Made by a program: the position numbers and the translations under genes. From Piromyces finnis finn (lineage: Eukaryota > Fungi > Neocallimastigomycota): a DNA stretch of 21,480 nt. The stretch is from NCBI GenBank assembly GCA_002104945.1, contig MCFH01000172.1:1-21480 (forward strand), in the 5' to 3' direction. Numbering within the stretch: position 1 is the stretch's first letter; the number at the start of each line of letters is the position of its first letter. The notes beneath the pieces were generated by a model, which did no database searches, was not told the DNA's origin, and saw nothing but the letters and a program-made list of their open reading frames with translations. Below, piece by piece: positions 8,343 to 18,637 of this stretch.

Positions 8343-11300
8343 ATGGGTGATAGGAATGTGGGTGTTTCCGGGAACTCGGGGAACATTATTAATGCTCCAC
8401 CGACATTTTCTGGTAAACAAAGAGAATTGGATGGATTTTTAACTAGAGTGGAGTTGGTATTTCGTACTCGACCGACACTGTATAATACAGATCGAGTCAA
8501 GGTCGACTTCGTTATATCATACTTTTCTGGTAAACCTTTGGAATGGGCTTCAGTGTTGATGAAGAATAATAGTGGGGTTTTAAACCATTATGATGAATTT
8601 GTAGATAGGTTGAAGGCTAATTTTGGCAGTTATAGATACGATACCGTTGTAGCTAACGGAAAATTAGATAATCTTCGCCAAAGGAAACTTGGTCAGGTAT
8701 TAGATTACATTACCGAGTTTCAACGTATTAGCCAAAATTCAAGCTTTAATGATAGCGCAAAAATCTACATGTTTCTGAAAGGTTTATTACCACCACTTAG
8801 GGAGAAGTTGGCTTTCATTGAATCAAACCCAACTTCAATTGAACAATTGATTTCTTCAACTATTTTAGTTGAAGATATGATGAAAAGGAATTCTTTAAGT
8901 GAATTTTATTTTAATGGTAGAAGGGCTAATGATCCTATGGATGTGGATGTATTTAAAATTAGTAGAGAGAATAAACGAAAAAGGTATGTGAATATTCAAG
9001 GATCAAGTAAAAATTACAATGAAAACATAGATAACTTTGAAGAAGAAAAGAAAAAAGGGTTATGTTTTCTTTGTAAACAACCGGGACATTTAAAATTTAA
9101 TTGTCCTAATAGAGTAAAGCCCAGAAAAGTGTTAAGAATTGTTAAAGAAAGGACTCCAAAAATTGTCAATCCAAAAATTTACAAAGTTGGAGTCAAGGGA
9201 GTGAAAAGTGATTTAAACCTTGTGGATTTTTACTTGAGTACCAATGAAGTTTCGGAAGTTAAAATTAAGGTTTTAATTGATTCCGGTTCCGAATTAAATT
9301 TCATTAATCCAAGTCTTGCTGAAGACCTTGGTATTAATTTGGAAAAAGTAGAACCATTCCGTGTATCTGGTGTTAGTGATGGAGTTGTTAGTGTTTGGGA
9401 AAGGACTGAGAAGTGCATGCTCCGTTGCAAAAATCACTTCGAAGTAATTCAACTTTATGGATTACAAGTCCCCGGTGTTAATGTTATTCTTGGTTTGCCG
9501 TGGATAAAGAAGCATAATCCAAATGCTTTCTACGACTCTAAGAAAATCGCTTTTAGTTCTGGTTATTGTGCCAGACATTGTAATAAAGGCAAAAGAAAGA
9601 GAAAACCAAGAAAGAAGTCAAAGAATGATCAGTTAGATCATGATGTTCTCGACCGAAGCTTGACCAAAAAGCCGAAAGTAGATCCCTCTGTCCCAAACAA
9701 TGAAGAAAAAGAATATGTTAAAGGCCGCCTTGTTAGAACCATCAATGATGAAGATGATAGCGATGATGAATATATTAGTTTTAATAAAAAAGTTAAATGT
9801 ATTGTAACAAAAATTAATGAAACATGTAATAATGATAATGAATCATGTAGTAATAATAATAATAATGGAAAAGATATTAATAAAGATAAATTGGTCGCCG
9901 TACCAACCCAATATTTAGAATTTAGTGAAGTGTTTAATGAAAAAAATTGTGAAGTGTTACCTCCTCATAGACCTTATGATTGTGAAATCAAACTTAAAGA
10001 TGATTCGACTTTATTTTATGGACCTTTGTATCCATTAACTGAAGTTGAAAGAGAGGAACTTAAAAAATATATTGATGATAATTTAAATAAAGGTTTTATT
10101 AGGAAATCATCGTCTCCTGCTGGTGCCCCAATTTTATTTGTTAAAAAGAAGGATGGCTCCCTAAGACTTTGTATCGATTATAGAAAGTTGAATGATATTA
10201 CCATTCGTAATTCATATCCTTTACCTTTAATTAGTGACCTTTTGGATAGGGTGAAAAATGCTAAGATTTTTACTAAATTAGACCTTAAATCCGCTTATAA
10301 TCTTGTTCGTATTAAAGAAGGTGACGAATACAAAACGGCTTTTCGTACTAGATATGGACATTTTGAATATCTGGTTATGCCTTTTGGATTAAAGAATGCA
10401 CCTGCAACTTTTCAACACTTCATTAACGATGTCCTTAGTGACTATTTAGACGATTTTGTTATCTCATATATTGATGATATTCTTATTTATTCTAATAATA
10501 TCGAAGAACATCATGTGCATGTTAAAAAGGTACTTAAGAAACTACTTGAAAATAATCTTTATGTTAAATTAGAAAAATGTGAGTTTGATGTTGAGAAAAC
10601 CACTTTTCTTGGTTATGTCATTTCAAAGGATGGATTGCAAATGGATGAAAATAAAGTTAAAGCAATTCTCGATTGGCCGGTTCCCAAGAATGTTAAAGAG
10701 GTTCAGTCTTTTATTGGTTTATGCAACTATTACAGAATTTTTATTAAAGACTTTGCTAAAATTGCAAACCCTCTTCACAAACTCACTAGAAAGAATGTTG
10801 CTTTTAACTGGGTGAAAGAAGATCAGGACGCTTTTATTTTATTAAAATCTCTGTTCACGTCAGCTCCTATTCTGAAACATGCGGATAGTAATAATCAATT
10901 TATTGTAGAAACTGATGCTAGTAATTATGCTGTCGGTGCTATTCTCTCTCAAGAATTTGATGGCAAATTACATCCTATTGCATTTCTTTCTAAAAGTTTG
11001 ACGAGTTGTCAAAGAAACTATCCTATATATGACAAGGAACTTTTAGCTATTGTAGTTGCTCTTGAAGAATGGCGTCATTATTTAGAAGGTGCACGTCATC
11101 CGTTCATAATTTATACTGATCACAAGAATTTAACATTTCCTAGAAAACCTGAAATGTTATCTCAGAGACAAATTAGATGGAATTTGTTCTTATCCAGATT
11201 TGATTTTAAACTCATTTATAGAGCTGGAAAGAAATCCGGTAAGCCTGATATCCTGTCTCGTAGAAGTGACCATTTAGAGAATAATATTAATTCTGATGTT

Positions 11301-12893
11301 TCTTGTCTTACTATTTCGTTTCATCATAGCGATAACAAACCGTTAATCGATTCTATTTTATTAGAACTTAAAAATGACGATTTGTATAATTCTATTGTCC
11401 AATTTAAAATGAATGGTTCTGCATGTAATGCACCTATTAAAAATATTGATAAAGTTATTATTGATAATGAAGGATTTTTGTTATATAATAATCTTATTTA
11501 TGTTCCTAAATCTCTTAGGACAAGAGTTTTGGAACTTCATCATGATTCTGTTGCTGCTGGTCATTTCGGTATTAAGAAAACCACTGAACTGATTTCCAGA
11601 AACTTTTGGTGGCCAAGGTTTCATTCAGACGTTAAATCTTTTATCAAATCTTGCGTGACTTGTTGCAAATCCAAAGTCCCCAGACATAAGCCTTATGGAT
11701 TATTATCCCCCTTGGGCACTCCCAGTAGGCCCTGGTCTGATATTTCTATTGATTTTATTGTTGATCTTCCTAAGTCCAGAGATATGACAACTCTCATGGT
11801 TGTTGTCGATAGATTTACTAAATTTGCTCACGCCATTCCTTTACGTTGTCTTCCTACTGCTTCGATTGCTGCTGATGCTTTTATTGCTAATGTCTTCCGT
11901 TTGCATGGTCTTCCTGATTCCATCATTTCTGATAGAGGCTCGCAATTTACTTCTGACTTTTGGTCAAGACTTTGTGACCTTCTTAATATCAATCATTCAT
12001 TATCGACTGCCAACCATCCGCAGACAGATGGTCAAACGGAGAGGGTGAACGGCATATTAGAACAATATTTCCGTTGTTTTATAAATAAAAAGCAGAATAA
12101 CTGGGTTGATCTTATCCCATTTGCTGAATTTGCATATAATAATACTTTACAACAATCTATAAATCAATCCCCATTCTTTGCTAATTATGGTTTTCATCCA
12201 AAGTTCAGCTTAGAAATTCCAGCTAATGATAGACCTAGTAGAGCTGAACAAAGAGTAATTGATATGAATGAAAACTTTAAATTATTAAAAGAAAACTTAG
12301 AAAAAGCAAAAGAAACATATAAGAAATATGCCGATATGAAGAGAATGATTCCCCCGGAGTTCGAAGTGGGAAAGAAGGTATGGTTATTGAAAGATTCTCC
12401 TGGAACTAACCTAAAGAGAAAATTAGCACCTCAAATGCTTGGTCCATTTGAGATAATTGAAAAAGTTAGTTCTCTCGCTTTCAAATTGAAACTTCCAAAG
12501 ACAATGAGATGTCATCCAGTCTTTCATGTTTCATTGTTAGAACCATACTTTGAAAACATGTTTAACGACAGGTCTAATCGTAGGAAGAGGAACATTCACC
12601 TTAACACAGATTTAATTGAAAAAATTCCAGAGAAAATTGAAAAGATGAAATCCGTTAATGGTGAAACATTTTATAAGTTATCATGGAAAGGATTTGACAA
12701 ATCCACTTGGATTTCTGAAGATCAGATTCCAGATAAACAATTAATACAAGAGTTTGAAAGAAACTCTAAAAAGTCAAAATATAAGTCGAACGACTCCTCC
12801 ATGAAAATTAGAAAGAATAAAGTTGGTAATCTAATCAAGCATAGATACCAACCATTTGTAATTGAAATTCCTTCGAGAAAAGATTCCTTATAA
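8343..12893 (+). CDS. gag-pol: Element B single-ORF Gag-Pol polyprotein (capsid, CCHC knuckle, protease, RT, RNase H, integrase, divergent chromodomain, C-terminal tail), 1516 aa
   Basis: Motifs PPTFSG, CFLCKQPGHLKFNC, LIDSGS, YIDD, TDASNYAVGA, HDSVAAGH...CVTC, DFIVDL...SDRG...QTERVN, GPFEI and FYKLSWKGFDKSTWISE. First ATG is at 8343; the ORF track uses an upstream TTG. Confidence 0.95.
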   Translation: MGDRNVGVSGNSGNIINAPPTFSGKQRELDGFLTRVELVFRTRPTLYNTDRVKVDFVISYFSGKPLEWASVLMKNNSGVLNHYDEFVDRLKANFGSYRYDTVVANGKLDNLRQRKLGQVLDYITEFQRISQNSSFNDSAKIYMFLKGLLPPLREKLAFIESNPTSIEQLISSTILVEDMMKRNSLSEFYFNGRRANDPMDVDVFKISRENKRKRYVNIQGSSKNYNENIDNFEEEKKKGLCFLCKQPGHLKFNCPNRVKPRKVLRIVKERTPKIVNPKIYKVGVKGVKSDLNLVDFYLSTNEVSEVKIKVLIDSGSELNFINPSLAEDLGINLEKVEPFRVSGVSDGVVSVWERTEKCMLRCKNHFEVIQLYGLQVPGVNVILGLPWIKKHNPNAFYDSKKIAFSSGYCARHCNKGKRKRKPRKKSKNDQLDHDVLDRSLTKKPKVDPSVPNNEEKEYVKGRLVRTINDEDDSDDEYISFNKKVKCIVTKINETCNNDNESCSNNNNNGKDINKDKLVAVPTQYLEFSEVFNEKNCEVLPPHRPYDCEIKLKDDSTLFYGPLYPLTEVEREELKKYIDDNLNKGFIRKSSSPAGAPILFVKKKDGSLRLCIDYRKLNDITIRNSYPLPLISDLLDRVKNAKIFTKLDLKSAYNLVRIKEGDEYKTAFRTRYGHFEYLVMPFGLKNAPATFQHFINDVLSDYLDDFVISYIDDILIYSNNIEEHHVHVKKVLKKLLENNLYVKLEKCEFDVEKTTFLGYVISKDGLQMDENKVKAILDWPVPKNVKEVQSFIGLCNYYRIFIKDFAKIANPLHKLTRKNVAFNWVKEDQDAFILLKSLFTSAPILKHADSNNQFIVETDASNYAVGAILSQEFDGKLHPIAFLSKSLTSCQRNYPIYDKELLAIVVALEEWRHYLEGARHPFIIYTDHKNLTFPRKPEMLSQRQIRWNLFLSRFDFKLIYRAGKKSGKPDILSRRSDHLENNINSDVSCLTISFHHSDNKPLIDSILLELKNDDLYNSIVQFKMNGSACNAPIKNIDKVIIDNEGFLLYNNLIYVPKSLRTRVLELHHDSVAAGHFGIKKTTELISRNFWWPRFHSDVKSFIKSCVTCCKSKVPRHKPYGLLSPLGTPSRPWSDISIDFIVDLPKSRDMTTLMVVVDRFTKFAHAIPLRCLPTASIAADAFIANVFRLHGLPDSIISDRGSQFTSDFWSRLCDLLNINHSLSTANHPQTDGQTERVNGILEQYFRCFINKKQNNWVDLIPFAEFAYNNTLQQSINQSPFFANYGFHPKFSLEIPANDRPSRAEQRVIDMNENFKLLKENLEKAKETYKKYADMKRMIPPEFEVGKKVWLLKDSPGTNLKRKLAPQMLGPFEIIEKVSSLAFKLKLPKTMRCHPVFHVSLLEPYFENMFNDRSNRRKRNIHLNTDLIEKIPEKIEKMKSVNGETFYKLSWKGFDKSTWISEDQIPDKQLIQEFERNSKKSKYKSNDSSMKIRKNKVGNLIKHRYQPFVIEIPSRKDSL

Positions 12894-12917
12894 ATTAATC
12901 TCGCAGGAGCTCGACTT

Positions 12918-12929
12918 AGAGAGAGAGAT
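12918..12929 (+). promoter_or_regulatory. Element B polypurine tract AGAGAGAGAGA(T)
   Basis: Purine run immediately before the 3' LTR TGT at 12930. Confidence 0.85.
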
Positions 12930-13534
12930 TGTAAAGATATCAAACGCCTCTGTTTGATATCTTTAATGTAACTTAAGCCACAAGTATTATTGTTTAAGTT
13001 ACACAAATTATATTCAGAAAAAGAAAATGAGACATAATTTATTTATTAATAATTAAAGTTTAAAACAAAATAAATTATTAATTTATTTTTAATGTTTAAC
13101 AAGTAAATTAATATTCTCAATTTAAATCCCTAGTTTTAGTATTGTTTTTTCATAGAAATAAATAAATAATAAATGATTAATATATCAATAATACATGGGC
13201 ACATATTCAAATTGAATAGTACTTAATTTGAATTGCCAATTGTATTTTACTAAAAATAGTTATAGTTTAAATATTTATTAATAATTAAGATTTTAGTGTA
13301 GATTTTAAATAATAATATATAAGAAATAAATAGTTATAATATAATATAAATGTATTTAGGAAAAATATAAATAGAAGATATTTTTCATCATTTTATCGAT
13401 GTAATTGTTATTAATAAAATTTCTATTATAATAAAAGATATTTTTAATAAAACAATTTTTTATTTTATTTTAAATTTTGTGTTATTGTAATAGAATAGAT
13501 ATCCTAATCTATTCTTTCAGTGTTCAACATTACA
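12930..13534 (+). repeat. Element B 3' LTR (605 bp)
   Basis: Direct repeat of 7265-7869, followed by TSD GCTTC. Confidence 0.96.
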
Positions 13535-13539
13535 GCTTC

Positions 13540-16500
13540 CAATCCCGCTCCTCAGAAAGATCTACAAGTAAATCCACTCAGCCCAAGAAGGAAAATAATT
13601 TTGGCCCCATTTCAAGTGAAGAACGTAGCCGCCGAATGAAAGAGAATCTCTGCTTATATTGTGGTAAACCTGGTCACCGATTATCTGAATGCCCTATTAG
13701 AACCAAAAAGGAAAACCATACTAATAATGCTGGGGTTCATGTTTTGAATGAACAAGAAAAATCCACTCGACTTTCGGATAACTCCTCTTTACCTCAAACT
13801 GTTATCGATGTTGATGTTGTTCTTCCATACAAATCTGTCGGAACTAAAGTTCTCTTAGATAGTGGTTCACAATTCTGTTTGATAGACCACGCCTTTGTTA
13901 AGGCCCATGAGATCCCTATAATTACCAAAGTAAAATGCCCACAAATTATAGGTATCGGAGGTCACCAAAAGATTATCGGCCAGACTTGGCCTATAACTGT
14001 GGAACACATGAATCACTCATGCCAGTTACAATTTTACGTCATAAAATTGCCTTCTTACTGTTGTATTCTTGGCTCTGATTGGCTGGCCCTTCACAATCCG
14101 ACAATCAATTTTGCTAGTAAGGACGTTTCCTATCATTCTGAATACTGTAAGGAAAATTGCTTAAGGAAAGAATCTGCTAGCTCTACCACTTCTGAACTCG
14201 AAGACCAATCGAAGGACGAAATGTCAGTTGGAAATACACCTGAATACCCTTTCAATGTATTCACTTGTTTAGAAGAACCTGAAGTTGAGTCACCCCAAAT
14301 TCCAATTCACTACTCTTAACACTCCAAAGTGTTCGAGGAAAGGCTCGCTGATAAACTCCCTCCTCATCGCCCGTACGACTGTGAGATCAACCTGAGACCA
14401 AATAGCAACTTGTTTTATGGTCCAATCTACCGACTTACTGAGAAAGAATCAAAGGTATTAGAAGAAACCATTAATGAAAATTTAAAAAAGGGGTTTATCC
14501 GCAAATCCAAATCGCCAGCTGGTGCTCCCGTTCTGTTTGTCCCGAAGAAGAGTGGAGAACTTCGTATGTGTATCGACTACCGCCGCTTGAACGAAATCAC
14601 CATTAGGAACTCGTACCCTCTCCCATTGATCCAAGACATGTTGGATCATCTAGGAAAAGCTAAGGTGTTCTCGAAGTTAGATCTTCGATCCGCCTATAAC
14701 TTGGTAAGAATCAAAGAAGGCGATGAATATAAGACCGCCTTCACCTGTCAATTTGGCCATTTCGAATATCTGGTAATGCCTTTCGGTCTCAAGAACGCTC
14801 CTGCAGTCTTCCAACATTTTATTAACGACGTTCTTGAAGGCATTATCGGTAAATTCGTCTTTTCGTATATTGACGATATTATCATTTTTTCTGATAATAT
14901 AGCCGAACATCATGAACACGTCAATGAAGTCCTTCGTAGACTCGAAGAAGCCGGACTGTACGCTAAACTTGAAAAATGTCTATTCGACTCTCCTTGTCTT
15001 GACTTCCTTGGTCATAGAATCTCTGCCTCTGGTATCGGAATGGACCCTAATAAGGTGAAAGCCATTGCGGAATGGCCGACTCCTAAATCGGTCCATGAAC
15101 TACAATCTTTCCTAGGCTTAGCCAACTATTATCGTAGATTTATTCCTGGCTTTGCTAAGATTGCTCACCCACTCCACCAACTTTGCAAGAAGAACACCGC
15201 CTTCGTTTGGAACGATACCGCTCAAGATGCTTTTGATGCTTTGGTTAAGCATTTTATTAGTCAGCCTATCCTTGCATATCCTGATGTTGACCTACCTTTC
15301 GTTGTCGAAACCGATGCAAGTAACTTCGCCATAGGTGCTGTATTGTCTCAAGTCAACAAGTCCGACAATATTCTTCACCCTGTTGCGTTCTTTTCTAGAT
15401 CCCTTACAAACCCGGAGAAGAACTACCCTATCTATGATAAAGAACTTTTGGCTATCGTCGCGTCCTTAGAAGTGTGGAGACATTTTTTGAAAGGTGCGAA
15501 TCATCCTTTCAAAATTATATCAGACCACAGAAACCTCCTTTTTCAGAAGAAACCGGAGAAGATGACTCAGAGATTAATTAGATGGTCCCTTTTCCTTGCT
15601 GAATTCGATTTTGTCATTGAATATCGCCCTGGCTCCTCGAACGGGAAAACCGATGCCTTGTCAAGAAGACCTGACTATCTTGATCACTCTTGCAATTCCG
15701 ATTCTAATAACTCTGTCTTTCGTCCCGAAAATTTCAGCTCCTGCTTTGCTTCATCCACTCCTTCTTCTCTTCTTGAAAAAATTGCTCTCTCTTGTAAACT
15801 TGACAAATTCTTCATTGAGACTTCTAATCAACTTCTCAATGATAATTGTTCTTCTGACTACAAACTTAGTAACAACGTCCTCCTTTTCCAAGATAAAATC
15901 TATGTTCCTAATGATTGCCGAGTGGAAATTCTGTCTTCTTGTCATGACTCCCCTGCTGCCGGCCATTTTGGTATTTCAAAAACTTTATCCTTGATTTCCC
16001 GTAACTACTGGTGGCCCAAAATGTATCAGGATGTTAAGGATATGTCCGTTCTTGTGAGGTCTGCTGTCGTTCGAAATCCTCTAGACATAAACCTTACGGG
16101 TTATTATCCACTCTTCCTTTAGGTGAACGTCCCTGGTCTTCCATTGCTATGGATTTTATCACTGACCTCCCCTCTTCTCGTGGATTTACCTGTATCTTCG
16201 TTGTCATTGATCGATTGACAAAAATGGCTCACTTTATCCCTCTTGAAAAAGTTCCCACTGCTGAACGTGCTGCCGAAGCTTTCATTAACAACGTCTTCAA
16301 ACTTCATGGATGCCCCTCCGACATTGTTCTCGACCAAGGTTCTCAGTTCACTTCAAAGTTTTGGAAGAAATTCTTTGCTACCCTCAAGATTGATTTGAAA
16401 TACTCTTCTGCTTATCACCACCAATCCAATGGCCAGACGGAGAGAGTGAACTCCGTTGTAGAACAATATCTACGCTGCTTCTCAAATTACAAAGGCACTA

Positions 16501-17171
16501 ACTGGATCGAATACTTAAGCCTAGCTGAATTTAGTTACAATAATTCAGTTCAAGAATCTGCAAAACAAACACCCTTCTTCTTGAACTATGGTTTCCATCC
16601 TAATTTTAATCCAACAATTCCAACAACAAGTGAAGTTCCAAGAGCTGAAGAATACACAAAAGAATTAAAAGAAATTATCAGCACCCTCAAGAAAAACCTT
16701 TCGGAAGCCCAAAAGAAACAAGAACATTTCGCCAATAGACATAGACAACCAGGCCCGTCATTCAAACCAGGAGAAAAGGTATGGTTAATCAATAATAATT
16801 TAGTTAAGGGAAATAAAAAATTCACCCCTCGGAAACTCGGTCCCTATGAAATTGAACAACAAATATCAGAAGTCTCATTCAAATTGAAACTCCCTGGTAA
16901 CATGAAGATTGATCCGGTATTCCATAAATCATCTCTCGAGCCTTACTTCGAAGGGAAAAGTACAAACCGAAAAGTTCAACCTCCACCACCTGTCATTATA
17001 AACGAAGAGGAGGAATACGAAGTAGAAGAAATTCTGGACAAAAGAAGACGCTATAACAAAACTCAGTACTTGATCAAATGGAAAGGATATCCTATTTCAG
17101 AAGCCTCATGGGAACCCGAAGAAAATCTGAACTGTCCAGCAAAGCTAAGAGAATTCAACAAGACCCATTAA
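13540..17171 (+). pseudogene. gag-pol: Element C gag 3' part plus pol (CCHC knuckle, protease, RT, RNase H, integrase, canonical chromodomain), with one in-frame stop and one frameshift
   Basis: CLYCGKPGHRLSEC, LLDSGS, in-frame TAA at 14317-14319, YIDD, a 1-bp deletion near 16039-16041 that splits the integrase HHCC motif (shifted frame reads [20 protein letters not shown]), and [13 protein letters not shown]...YLIKWKGY...SWEPEENL. Confidence 0.92.
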
Positions 17172-17598
17172 AAAAAAAAAAAAAAAAAAAAACTAATAAT
17201 AATAAAATTAACTAATTTTCATTAATTTTTAGACACAAATGAGGGAATATTAATTTTTAGAATAAACTTAACCGATACCGTTTTGGCGAAGCTCCCATAG
17301 GGATTTACTGGACTTACAAGCGTACCAAGAACAAGTACTATCAAACGGCCATATTGGAACCTTGCCTATGAAACCTCTAGTACTTGTTGGACATACTTTA
17401 GTCTTGGCGCCAACCCGCCTTACATCAAAGTTACTCTACCAACCCCGACTTCGAACCCACAACCTTCTAGTTCATTGCCAACTACTCGACCATTGTACCA
17501 CACCTTTTAATTCTCATATGAAGTCAACTGCCTATTTAAAAAAAAAAAAAAAAAAAAAAAAAATTATTAGCTTATAAATTCGTCTGGAATCCGAATTT

Positions 17599-17610
17599 AG
17601 AGGAGGAGCT
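17599..17610 (+). promoter_or_regulatory. Element C polypurine tract AGAGGAGGAG(CT)
   Basis: Purine run immediately before the 3' LTR TGT at 17611. Confidence 0.85.
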
Positions 17611-17984
17611 TGTAATGAGGTATATCTAATGATAAGGGTTAGACTAGAAAATCATTAAGGTTAGATTAATGAAAATTTCATAATTATATTTTTATAACCA
17701 ATCATTAAGTAATTAATTCACTTATCAAATTGTATTAAAAAAAAAAAAAAAATAATTTTCATGTATAAAGGAGAGAATAAGAAAGATAAAATAGTTCTTT
17801 AGTGTTTTTATTAATAATTAATAAAAATTAGTTTTTTTTGTTTCGTCTTTAGTTTGATAATACACTGACCTAGCGAGTTAGTCGTATTATAATAATAAAT
17901 TTAATAAATAAACATTATTAAAAAAAAATACATATATTTGATACATTAGAGTGTGTGTGTTTATTATTATAATATTTCGTTACA
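17611..17984 (+). repeat. Element C 3' LTR (374 bp)
   Basis: Direct repeat of 6254-6628, followed by TSD ACAAT. Confidence 0.95.
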
Positions 17985-17989
17985 ACAAT

Positions 17990-18637
17990 ACATTAACATA
18001 AATTTATGTAAAATATAATTTTATGATAAGATAAAGTTTTGATGATAAAATAAAATTTTAAATTAAATAAATTTTAACCAATAAATATTTTAGATAATAA
18101 AAAATTTTTTTTATAAACTAAGCCTCAAAATTAGAAATAAATAAATTGAATATATGTTTGAAATATAATCAACCATATAGTAAATAAATCAAAACTTTAT
18201 TTTAAGTTTAGAAAATTCTGTAGTAAATAAATTGAATTTAAATAGTTTAATACAAATAATTTCTTTTAATAAATGTATAAATGTAAACAATGTAAAATTA
18301 TAATATTAAAACATGTATATTAGAATTTATTCAATTTATTTAAAAAGTATAAATAAAGAAAATTTTTCAACTATTGAAACGATAGTTGGAAAATCGTATA
18401 GTTTAGTTATATAGTTAGTTTAGATTATTAGTTTTAATTTAATTAGTTAATAATTGATTACCTAGTGAGGGCTCTGGTGAAATAACCTTCACGGTAAAGT
18501 AATCAACGGTTGTTTTAGTTTAGTTTTAGTTTAATATAATTTAATAAATAAATAAAGTTTAATAATAAATAAATTTATAACTAGTGTTAGTTTGATTTAG
18601 TGTATACAAACCTGAACTTAGAATAGAATATTTTACA
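17990..18637 (+). repeat. Element A 3' LTR, right part
   Basis: Continues 6148-6253 after the TSD; 18043-18637 matches 550-1143. Confidence 0.92.

Larger units (their letters stand above)
7265..13534 (+). mobile_element. LTR retrotransposon B, full-length and apparently intact (6270 bp)
   Basis: 605-bp LTRs that appear identical by eye, TSD GCTTC (7260-7264 and 13535-13539), PBS, PPT and one uninterrupted ORF. Confidence 0.96.
6254..17984 (+). mobile_element. LTR retrotransposon C (chromovirus with canonical chromodomain), inserted in A's 3' LTR and interrupted by element B
   Basis: LTRs 6254-6628 and 17611-17984 (TGTAA...TTACA) differ only by one A in a poly-A run. 5-bp TSD ACAAT on both sides. 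Confidence 0.95.
550..18637 (+). mobile_element. LTR retrotransposon A (Ty3/Gypsy, chromovirus-like); 5' LTR truncated, 3' LTR interrupted by element C
   Basis: 550-1143 matches 18043-18637 apart from one extra T. Single gag-pol ORF, PPT at 6135-6145, and LTR termini TGTAAAATATT (6148) and AATATTTTACA (18637) forming an 11-bp inverted repeat. Confidence 0.93.

Noticed and set aside
13477-13539. N-terminal 21 aa of the 280-aa ORF as a real protein start
   Set aside because: These codons lie in B's 3' LTR and the TSD and begin at a GTG. The true frame is the continuation of C's gag from 7264.
17362-17577. 71-aa ORF in C's 3' UTR as an env-like or accessory gene
   Set aside because: It runs into a poly-A tract (poly-K), has no clear signal peptide or transmembrane segment, and no homology I can recognise. 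The region is kept only as a low-level finding.
18007-18637. Apparent standalone LTR or MITE with TGTAAAATAT...ATATTTTACA inverted ends
   Set aside because: Its flanks (ATTTA / CCTCC) are not a TSD. The ACAAT duplication and the PPT at 6135 show the LTR really starts at 6148, so the TGTAAAATAT at 18007 is internal.
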